Below are positions 56,726 through 64,000 of a DNA stretch of 64,000 nt, in pieces (position 1 is the stretch's first letter; the number at the start of each line of letters is the position of its first letter). Below the pieces are notes generated by a model. That model ran no database searches and was not told the DNA's origin. It worked only from the letters and a program-made list of their open reading frames with translations. This stretch comes from Candidatus Pacearchaeota archaeon (GTDB lineage Archaea > Nanobdellota > Nanobdellia > Pacearchaeales > GW2011-AR1). The stretch lies in assembly GCA_040879765.1 (NCBI GenBank), contig JBBDJQ010000002.1, positions 5-64,004 on the forward strand, in the 5' to 3' direction. The position numbers and the translations under genes were made by a program.

Positions 56726-57001
56726 TCATTCTATGTTATGTCTGTGTAGATAAGATAGATTTTTTAGAAACTCGTCATCTGGAATTGATGTAGTTCTTGT
56801 TTTGGGAACTTCTTTAATTACTTCTAAAATTGCTCCAGAGATTTCTCCTACATCATCAGTAGTTGTCCCAAAACATCCTTGAAAATAATCACATATAGAA
56901 CCCGCGCAATATTCAAGAGGGACTTTTGCATTTGTACATTTAAACTTCAAAAAATCTTTTGGATTTCCATAAATTAAATCTGTAAAATTTCTGTCATCCA
57001 T
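56726..57001 (-). CDS. small Cys-containing hypothetical protein (91 aa)
   Basis: ORF with six Cys residues. Confidence 0.35.
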   Translation of the reverse strand: MDDRNFTDLIYGNPKDFLKFKCTNAKVPLEYCAGSICDYFQGCFGTTTDDVGEISGAILEVIKEVPKTRTTSIPDDEFLKNLSYLHRHNIE

Positions 57002-57053
57002 GAGATTCTTTGAAACAAGAACCTTTAAAAATATTTTGAATTTATATTTTACA

Positions 57054-57254
57054 CCCCGTGTAGCTTAGTGGTAAAGCGTCTGGCTGTAGATTGCAAGGAC
57101 ACCTAACGGTTTCCTTTGCGTAACCTTCCTTTGAGTTAGTCTTTAGGGAAATCTAGCATGGACATTCCGTTAGGAATTGGATGAAATGTGAAAAGTCGAT
57201 GGAATTCAGGGTGCAGAACCCGGAAGACCCCAAGTTCGAATCTTGGCACGGGGA
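57054..57254 (+). tRNA. tRNA-Tyr (anticodon GTA) with an approximately 129-nt intron
   Basis: 5' half: CCCCGTG-TA-GCTT-AGTGGTA-AAGC-G-TCTGG-CTGTAGA. 3' half: CCGGA-AGACC-CCAAGTTCGAATCTTGG-CACGGGG-A. The intron contains a CCTAACGG...CCGTTAGG stem. Confidence 0.6.
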
Positions 57255-57540
57255 TAATTTTTCTGGAAATTATGCGGGGAAATTTATATAGCTACAGGTT
57301 TTAATTATATTTTTGAAGGATCTCATGCTGGAGAGGATAGTTCGTTTTAAGGAGATTATGCTAGAGATAAGCTTTTATTCGATGAAAATCTTATGAGGAT
57401 TGTAATGATTGAAGGAAAGAAAAGATTAATTTTAAAATAATTCTCTTTAATATGGATGAAAGAGTTTTTTATTCTGTTATTGAAAAAAGGATAATTTTCT
57501 CAACCCCAATCTTAATAAAGATTAATTCATGAATTAGATT

Positions 57541-58530
57541 ATGAAGGTAGGTGTGTCAAATCTTATTTTAATAAAAAACAAAAGAGGTATTTCAACAGTC
57601 GTTGCAACGCTTATTCTTGTACTTATATCAATAATAGCTGTCGGAATTGTCTGGGGGGTCGTACAAAATGTTATTTCAGAAAATACAAATTCAGATTCTA
57701 TTTCTCAATTCACAATAAATTTAGAAATAATTGGGGCATATGTAGATGGTTCCACAATTTTTGTAAACTTAAGAAGAAACTCTGGATCCGGAAATCTCGC
57801 AGGAGTTAATTTTATTTTTAGTAATGAGCAACAAGGACACGTTGTAAAAAGATACATTATTTTAAGTGAACTAGAATCGAGATTGTTTAATTTTACATCT
57901 TTCGAGGCACCTGGAATAGAAAATGGAGATAGGGTTTCTGTTGCGCCAATAATAGATTCTGGAAATCAACAAGTAGTGGGGGCAATTACACACTCTTTCT
58001 TGATTGGAGGTTCTGGTTCAACTGGGACTGGTTCTGGTGATGATTCAGGAGGCTCTGGAAATGAATCAGAAGAAGAAGGAAATGAATCTGGTGGAGAAAC
58101 TCCTGGAACTTGCGATGGAGTGTGGGAAGGAAGTTCAGAAGACTTAGATGTAGAATGTGATGGAACACCAACCCCAAATAATTGTTTTGAATGTCAATGT
58201 GATTTTGGTTTCTCTGGGGATGGCTCGGGAAATTGTGTGGCAGATCCAAGTATAAATACAGGGACTATAAATACAGTTTGGCCCTCAGACGCAACCAAAT
58301 ATTTTGACAGCCCAGATTTACCAACAGACGCTTCAGAAATTTCATCTTACATTGGAAAGTATGTGAATTTTAGTGGAGCAGGAGCTGATTTAAGATGCCT
58401 AAGAATTTCTTATGCAGAATACCTTGATTCTGAATTCAATAGCAGTTATATCCGTGTAGAACTCATAGCAGAATTGAACTCGGGAAATACGTACGAAGTT
58501 TGGAATTCTGAAACTTGCGGGGCTGCTTAA
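57541..58530 (+). CDS. archaeal type IV pilin-like (class III signal peptide) secreted protein with G/S/D/E-rich linker and Cys-rich C-terminal domain
   Basis: KNKRG|ISTVVATLILVLISIIAVGIV N-terminus, then GSGSTGTGSGDDSGGSGNESEEEGNESGG, then 8 Cys. Confidence 0.55.
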   Translation: MKVGVSNLILIKNKRGISTVVATLILVLISIIAVGIVWGVVQNVISENTNSDSISQFTINLEIIGAYVDGSTIFVNLRRNSGSGNLAGVNFIFSNEQQGHVVKRYIILSELESRLFNFTSFEAPGIENGDRVSVAPIIDSGNQQVVGAITHSFLIGGSGSTGTGSGDDSGGSGNESEEEGNESGGETPGTCDGVWEGSSEDLDVECDGTPTPNNCFECQCDFGFSGDGSGNCVADPSINTGTINTVWPSDATKYFDSPDLPTDASEISSYIGKYVNFSGAGADLRCLRISYAEYLDSEFNSSYIRVELIAELNSGNTYEVWNSETCGAA

Positions 58531-58586
58531 TTAATCATAAAATAGAGTTCAATAATCTTTAAATACTAAAAATTTTAGTTAAAGTT

Positions 58587-59177
58587 ATGGTTTTACTGAA
58601 CAAAAAACATTTTCTTTTTTTATTTTTAGGAATTTTGCTTTCTGTTTTTCTGATAGGAAAGGTTTCCGCGGGATTCACATATTATTCTTATGAGCAACAT
58701 TACAATGTTCCAGCAGCCTACAATAAATATTATGAAAAAGAAAGTTTGTATTTCTATCCTCATGAAAAAGCCTGGGCTTCTAACCCAAGATATTATGATT
58801 ACGGAAGCGAAAAATATACAAGAAATGATTTGCATAGATACAAGGGAAAAAATTATCACACAAGCACTCCATTAAATTATAAATCATATGGAGCCTATGA
58901 TAATACTTATGGGGTTTTTGGGAGTAAGATAAATCAATATGATACTTGGGTAAAAAATAGTGAACCAAAGGCAGGATATTTTACAGTTAAATTCCATTTA
59001 TCTGATGGTGCAGGTAATAAAAGATTTGAAACAGTTACAAAATACGTAAAACCTTATGAAAGAAAACATTTCGAATATAGAAATGTATTCGATGATGATT
59101 ATGATTACTATCTTGGGTATGAAATTATTTCGCACAATAAAATTTTGAGAACAAAACATTACCCCCATTATTATTAA
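58587..59177 (+). CDS. secreted Tyr-rich protein (196 aa)
   Basis: Signal peptide and more than 25 Tyr residues (YYSYEQHY, YYEKESLYFY...). Confidence 0.5.
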   Translation: MVLLNKKHFLFLFLGILLSVFLIGKVSAGFTYYSYEQHYNVPAAYNKYYEKESLYFYPHEKAWASNPRYYDYGSEKYTRNDLHRYKGKNYHTSTPLNYKSYGAYDNTYGVFGSKINQYDTWVKNSEPKAGYFTVKFHLSDGAGNKRFETVTKYVKPYERKHFEYRNVFDDDYDYYLGYEIISHNKILRTKHYPHYY

Positions 59178-59247
59178 ACTTAATTAAAAACACAGAAGAA
59201 TTTATAAATTAAATTCTTCTTAGAAATAAAACAAAAAAAGAGGTAAA

Positions 59248-59343
59248 ATGGAAAAGGATTTAGTCGAGGAACTTCCTGGAGATGGATTTTCTGACGACGA
59301 ATTTGTGAATGATGTTGATTCCTTGGAGTTAGACTTTGACTAA
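59248..59343 (+). CDS. 31-aa acidic peptide (MEKDLVEELPGDGFSDDEFVNDVDSLELDFD)
   Basis: GAGGT 6 nt upstream of the ATG. Not in the ORF track because it is under 60 aa. Confidence 0.3.
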   Translation: MEKDLVEELPGDGFSDDEFVNDVDSLELDFD

Positions 59344-59352
59344 CTTTCAAAA

Positions 59353-60285
59353 CTAATTCTTATTTTTAATTTTTAATTTTAATTCGTTATTTGATTTGCT
59401 GAGTTCTTCTTCATTAGATTCTATAATATAAGTTATTTCATCCACACTTAATTGAGTTATTAAAATATTTTTTAAAATTATTGTAGAACCAAAACCAATT
59501 TCTATAGGTTCAATTTCAAATTCTTTTATAATTTTTTCGTCTGCATAGAGTATTAGATTTGCTTTTTCAGATTCTTTCAAACCTTCGTTTCTTATACTAA
59601 CATTTGTATCCAGAAATTTTCCATTCATAACTGCAGAAGCCTCTTTTAAATTTAAATCAGCATGGGTTGGATAAGCATAAATTTCATTTATATTTTCTAA
59701 AATATCTTGTCCAATTTTTTGATTACAATTACTAACTGGATACATTATGCTATTTTCATTTTCAGAATGTTTATAACCAATAGAGTGAAAAATCTCATGA
59801 ATTGCTACGTTTGGAATTTTACAATCAGATTCTTTTATTAAAGTAATTTCTCCTTTTAATATAACATTAAAATTTGACGTTTGGGTTATGTTTATTGGCC
59901 CTCCTTCTCCAGCTACATACGTTGCCCCCCTTCTAACCTCTCCCATAGAACGCTCACTACAGAAAGCAGAAATATCCCCCTCAGAAATAGTCGGATAAAA
60001 TTCTAGAATGGTTAAATTAGAAATTATTGAAAACGCCTCTTTGATCCTATTTTGTTTATATAACGGGCAATCATATATTTGATAAGAAATCCTTGAATTA
60101 GGATACCTCATATTTTCATAAAATTGCATTCCAGGATTAGAAAGAGAATTGTTTAGTAAAAAATTAAAATTTCTATCAGAATCTGAACTAAATTCAGTTA
60201 TTCCAAAAGGCGTCAAAAAGTAGAATCCTATTAAAAAAATAAAAAATAGAATAAGAAAAAAACCAAAAAAAGATTTCGCCTCCAT
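59353..60285 (-). CDS. membrane-anchored metzincin-type zinc metalloprotease
   Basis: N-terminal TM helix. HEIFHSIGYKH (HExxHxxGxxH) followed by a Met-turn (SIMYP). Confidence 0.65.
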   Translation of the reverse strand: MEAKSFFGFFLILFFIFLIGFYFLTPFGITEFSSDSDRNFNFLLNNSLSNPGMQFYENMRYPNSRISYQIYDCPLYKQNRIKEAFSIISNLTILEFYPTISEGDISAFCSERSMGEVRRGATYVAGEGGPINITQTSNFNVILKGEITLIKESDCKIPNVAIHEIFHSIGYKHSENENSIMYPVSNCNQKIGQDILENINEIYAYPTHADLNLKEASAVMNGKFLDTNVSIRNEGLKESEKANLILYADEKIIKEFEIEPIEIGFGSTIILKNILITQLSVDEITYIIESNEEELSKSNNELKLKIKNKN

Positions 60286-60337
60286 TGATTTTTTAAATAA
60301 TAAATAATATAAAAAGGTTTGTTAAATATTTTAATAT

Positions 60338-60487
60338 TTATTCGCTGTCTTCTTCGTGACTATCTTTGTCGGATGAATCATCATCGCTTGAGTCATCTTC
60401 AGATGAGTCATCGCTTTCTTCGTCACTTGAAGTTTCTTCTTTCATATCTTCGTCTTTTCCTTGATTCATTTCGTTTTCTTCTTCCAT
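60338..60487 (-). CDS. 49-aa D/E/S-rich acidic peptide immediately upstream of aEF-1alpha
   Basis: MEEENEMNQGKDEDMKEETSSDEESDDSSEDDSSDDDSSDKDSHEEDSE. The overlapping plus-strand ORF 60319..60600 looks spurious. Confidence 0.35.
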   Translation of the reverse strand: MEEENEMNQGKDEDMKEETSSDEESDDSSEDDSSDDDSSDKDSHEEDSE

Positions 60488-60518
60488 GTGTTTCCTCGTT
60501 TTATTTAATTAAAAGATC

Positions 60519-61802
60519 TTACTTAGTCTTTGTGATTTCTGTACACATTCCGGCAGCAACTGTTTGTCCGGTGTCTCTAATTGAAAATCTAGACATATAA
60601 GGATTATCTTTTTGTGTTTCCAAAACAAGATTTCCTCTTGGTTGGATTCTAACTTTTGCCGTGTCTCCGTTTTTTAAGAAGTCTGGACTTTCCTTCACAG
60701 GCTCTCCAGTTTTTGGGTCGATTTGTGCAATTATTTCAACAATTTGGCAAGGCACTTGAGCAGTGTGCACGTGGAATACAGGAGTATATCCTTTTGCCAA
60801 AACAGTTGGGTGGTTTATAACAGTGATTGTGGCTATAAACTCTTCGACAACTGGAATTGGTTTAGTCGCATCGCAAATAACATCTCCTCTTGCAATGTCT
60901 TTCTTCCCAACCCCCCTTATATTAATCCCAACATTATCTCCTGCATCTGCAGAATCCATCATTTCATGATGCATTTCAATAGTCTTAATTTCTCCTCCAA
61001 TTCCTTTTCCAGTTCTTCCTGGTAAAACTATAGCTTTCATTCCTTTTTTCATAATCCCTGTAACAACTTTCCCTACAGGAACTGTTCCGATACCTGTAAT
61101 TTCATAAACATCTTGGACAGGCATTCTCATTGGAAGGTCTGTTGCTGGTTCAGGTGCTGGGAAAAGATCCATTTGTTCCAATATTGTTGGGCCCTTGTAC
61201 CAAGCCATTTTATCTGACTTATTAGCAATATTATCACCCTGTAGTCCCGAACATGCAATAAAGGTTGTATCTTCAGCCTTTACCCCAACTCCCCCAAGTA
61301 ATTTTGCAACATCTTCTTTAACTGCGTTGAATTTTTCTTCAGAGTATTCTACTTCGTCCATTTTGTTTATTGCAACAGCAATGTTTTTTACTCCCCCTGT
61401 TCTCAAAAGCCATAAGTGTTCTGTAGTTTGTGGTTGAACTCCTGAAGGAGCTGCGATAACCAAGAAAGCAGAATCAGCCTGTGAGGCACCGGTAATCATG
61501 TTCTTAACAAAATCCCTATGCCCAGGGGCATCAATGATTGTGATTTGAAATTTATTTGTCATAATCTTCTTGTAGGCTAAGTCGATTGTAACCCCCCTTT
61601 CTCTTTCTTCTTTAATTTTATCCATAACGTAAGCAAATTCAAAACCACCCTTTCCGTGTTTTTCTGCTTCTTGTCTAAGTTTAACCATTTCCTGTTCAGG
61701 AACAGCACCAGAATCATACATAAGTCTTCCAACCGTGGTTGACTTTCCTGCGTCAACATGTCCAACGAAGACAACGTTCATATTTGGTTTTTCTCTTGCC
61801 AT
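60519..61802 (-). CDS. tuf: translation elongation factor aEF-1alpha
   Basis: GHVDAGKST, DAPGH, NKMD. Confidence 0.95.
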   Translation of the reverse strand: MAREKPNMNVVFVGHVDAGKSTTVGRLMYDSGAVPEQEMVKLRQEAEKHGKGGFEFAYVMDKIKEERERGVTIDLAYKKIMTNKFQITIIDAPGHRDFVKNMITGASQADSAFLVIAAPSGVQPQTTEHLWLLRTGGVKNIAVAINKMDEVEYSEEKFNAVKEDVAKLLGGVGVKAEDTTFIACSGLQGDNIANKSDKMAWYKGPTILEQMDLFPAPEPATDLPMRMPVQDVYEITGIGTVPVGKVVTGIMKKGMKAIVLPGRTGKGIGGEIKTIEMHHEMMDSADAGDNVGINIRGVGKKDIARGDVICDATKPIPVVEEFIATITVINHPTVLAKGYTPVFHVHTAQVPCQIVEIIAQIDPKTGEPVKESPDFLKNGDTAKVRIQPRGNLVLETQKDNPYMSRFSIRDTGQTVAAGMCTEITKTK

Positions 61803-61877
61803 ATTAATAAATTATTTTGCGTGGTTTTTAATGAAAATATATGTTTATAAAGTTTTTGATAACCTTTTGAGTGAAAA

Positions 61878-62177
61878 TTACTCCGCTTTAGCTCTATGTT
61901 CCAATTCAGAAAGTTTTTCTCCATCTAAGTCATACTTCCAAGAACCTTTTACCAAAATATCTGTGCCCTTCTTCTCTCCAGAAATGAAAACTCTTGCATT
62001 AAAATAATCCACGTGTGGAGGGACCTTTCTACATTTTTCCCACATAATTTTTGTTGCCTCTTTTATTGCTTCCTCGTCAGAATCAGAATCAAATTTAAAT
62101 TTTCTTGAACTCTCATACGGTTTTGGATTGTCCGAAAAAATTGAGAGCTTATCATACTCTAAAATATATTCTGTCAT
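61878..62177 (-). CDS. hypothetical protein (99 aa) between aEF-2 and aEF-1alpha
   Basis: Charged, protein-like ORF. Confidence 0.4.
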   Translation of the reverse strand: MTEYILEYDKLSIFSDNPKPYESSRKFKFDSDSDEEAIKEATKIMWEKCRKVPPHVDYFNARVFISGEKKGTDILVKGSWKYDLDGEKLSELEHRAKAE

Positions 62178-62242
62178 ACAGGCACAAAGAAAAATCTATT
62201 TTTATTAATTGCTGTCTTTTAAAACATATTATAGGTTAGGTG

Positions 62243-64000
62243 TTACTGATTCTCGCCCAAACCTTTTCTGTCTCTTATTTTCTTTATGACCTCTGCTTGA
62301 ATTCCTCGTGGAATTCTCTCAAAAAGCTGGTCTGCAAGTGAGCTTGTTCCTCTTCCCTCAGTAGCAGAACGCAAATCATTAGACCATCCAATCATTTCCG
62401 AAACTGGAATTTTTGCTTTTGCTTCTGCATTTGTTCCTTCTTGTGTAACATTCAATAATTGTCCCCTCTTACTTCCAATCAATTTAGTGATTTCTCCAAG
62501 AGCCTTGTCCGGCAAATCAATAAGGTGAATTTGAACAGGCTCTAATAAATATGCATCAGCTTTTTTCATGGCCTCAGTTATTGCTTCTCTAACTGCAGGA
62601 TAAACCTGTGCTGGGCCTCTATGAATCGCATCTTCGTGAAGTTTGGTATCAACTAAAGAAACTTTCAATTTCATACAAGGTTCTTTTGCTAAAGGCCCTT
62701 GGTCAATAACCATTTCAAAAGCATCCAAGACCATTTCTATAATCTCTCCTATATGCACTTCTCCCCGAGTTTCATCTAAGAACATGTTTCCTTTATAGAT
62801 ATCTCTAACATTTCTTACCATATCTCCAGACCAACCCAATTCCAAAAGTTTTTCTGAAACTTCTTGGCTCTTCTTCTTTACTCTTCCTTCTGGTAAGTCT
62901 CCAGATTTCATAGCCTCATAAATTTCATCTTCCAAAGGTTCAACTTGTATGAAGAAAGAATTATGTTTATTGGGACTTCTACCTTCTTGGGAAGAAGATT
63001 CTTTACCTGCAGTTTCTCTATAAACAATTATTGGAAGAGAAGTTCTCACATCTAAGCCTTTTTCTGTCTTAATTCTATTTTCAATAATTTCTAAATGTAG
63101 TTCCCCCATTCCAGAAATCAAAGATTCTCCAGTTTGTTCATTAATTTCAATTTTTATTGAGGGATCTTCCTTTCCAATCTGTTTCAAAACTTCAACCAGT
63201 TTTGGCAAATCTGCAGATTTTGTTGCTTCAATAGATTTTGTAATAACTGGTTCAAATAAATGCTTTATAGATTCAAAGGGTTCAATTTCATGCTTACTTA
63301 CAGTTTCTCCAACAAAAACATTCTTTAGACCCACAACTCCAACAATATTTCCTGGTTCAACTTGGTCTACTACAATCCTTTGGGCTCCTTTATAGACGGA
63401 AACTTGCTGAATTCTTGTTTTCATTTTTGCAAGATTCATATAAACTTCATCTCCTTGTTTTAGAGTTCCTGAAAATAATCTTCCTGCTGCAACTTCTCCA
63501 GCATGTTTATCCACGACAATCTTTATTGGAACAAAGGCAACTTCTCCTTTTGGATCGCAATTAACTAAATCTTTTCCAACTTGTGATTCTGCGTCTCCGT
63601 GCCAAATCTTTGGGATCCTATAAATCTGAGCTTTTGCAGGATTTGGATGATGTTTTATAGACATTTCCAAAACAACTTCATGTAATGGCGCTTTCTTGGC
63701 TAATTCCTTATGATTATCATTTTCATAAGCATCAATTATATCTTTGAAGGTTATTCCTTTTTCTTTCATATATGGGAAACTTAAAGCCCAGTTGTGGAAT
63801 GCAGAGCCAAAAGCAACAGATCCTTCACCAACTCCAACCTTCCATTTTTCCTTGTAACCTTCTGGAGCAATGTTGCTTATCAATTCATTAATATGATCAA
63901 TTATGGAAATGAATTTTTTCTCCATTTCCTGGGGAGTTAACTTAACTTCTTTGATTAATCTATCAACCTTATTTATGAATAAAACTGGTTTTACCAATTC
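62243..64000 (-). CDS. fusA: translation elongation factor aEF-2, C-terminal about 585 aa (N-terminus lies beyond the window end)
   Basis: Domains II-V, including the diphthamide-site His (DAIHRGPAQV). Confidence 0.9.
   Translation of the reverse strand, partial: ELVKPVLFINKVDRLIKEVKLTPQEMEKKFISIIDHINELISNIAPEGYKEKWKVGVGEGSVAFGSAFHNWALSFPYMKEKGITFKDIIDAYENDNHKELAKKAPLHEVVLEMSIKHHPNPAKAQIYRIPKIWHGDAESQVGKDLVNCDPKGEVAFVPIKIVVDKHAGEVAAGRLFSGTLKQGDEVYMNLAKMKTRIQQVSVYKGAQRIVVDQVEPGNIVGVVGLKNVFVGETVSKHEIEPFESIKHLFEPVITKSIEATKSADLPKLVEVLKQIGKEDPSIKIEINEQTGESLISGMGELHLEIIENRIKTEKGLDVRTSLPIIVYRETAGKESSSQEGRSPNKHNSFFIQVEPLEDEIYEAMKSGDLPEGRVKKKSQEVSEKLLELGWSGDMVRNVRDIYKGNMFLDETRGEVHIGEIIEMVLDAFEMVIDQGPLAKEPCMKLKVSLVDTKLHEDAIHRGPAQVYPAVREAITEAMKKADAYLLEPVQIHLIDLPDKALGEITKLIGSKRGQLLNVTQEGTNAEAKAKIPVSEMIGWSNDLRSATEGRGTSSLADQLFERIPRGIQAEVIKKIRDRKGLGENQ

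Noticed and set aside
57054-57254. Trans-split tRNA (Nanoarchaeum-style) for tRNA-Tyr
   Set aside because: Both halves are contiguous on the same strand, separated only by about 129 nt. This is a cis intron, not separately encoded half-genes.
60319-60600. 93-aa plus-strand ORF upstream of aEF-1alpha
   Set aside because: Its translation is L/R/F-rich junk. The opposite strand encodes a clean, SD-less but compact D/E/S-rich 49-aa peptide, and the region is otherwise the EF-1alpha 5' end.

Overview
This is an AT-rich (roughly 30% GC) stretch of archaeal chromosome with tightly packed genes. The gene content points to a DPANN-type archaeon: archaeal RNAP subunits H-B-A, group II chaperonin, aEF-2/aEF-1alpha, archaeal pilin-like signal peptide, tRNAs with introns, and small and fused genes. 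Running 5' to 3' on the + strand, I see: a (TAA)n microsatellite at the window edge; an Lhr-type helicase / HEAT-repeat / metallophosphoesterase operon on the minus strand; a lone Cas4-like Fe-S nuclease; a copper/heavy-metal homeostasis island (Cys-rich and Met-rich membrane proteins, a DUF411 CopG-like protein, DUF302, an ArsR repressor and a CopA P1B-ATPase); an ATP-cone::PD-(D/E)xK nuclease fusion sitting next to an nrdR-nrdJ operon that carries two NrdR-box palindromes; dcd, a second dcd/dut-like paralog, thyA, folA and trx; tRNA-Lys; the rpoH-rpoB-rpoA (A' and A'' fused)-nusA operon; a DsbA-like thioredoxin; a suf operon (sufB-sufS-sufU-sufC plus an FNR-like reductase); a large pentose-phosphate/glycolysis cluster (tal, PfkB kinase, class I FBA, tpi, tkt, epimerase, gnd, cupin-type pgi, rpiB, then pgk, type I gap, rpe) interrupted by a 98-aa minimal K+ channel, a LOG protein and DUF378; a TspO and a RadC N-terminal remnant; an intron-containing tRNA-Gly; the thermosome; a GC-richer non-coding stretch that may be a structured RNA; tRNA-Tyr with a roughly 129-nt intron; a cluster of secreted/surface proteins (type I membrane protein, archaeal type IV pilin-like protein, Tyr-rich secreted protein, membrane metzincin, two tiny acidic ORFs); and aEF-1alpha / aEF-2 (EF-2 truncated by the window end). 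I found no CRISPR array, transposase or integrase. Protein family assignments come from motifs I recognised in the translations. Coordinates of non-ORF features may be off by 1-2 nt.
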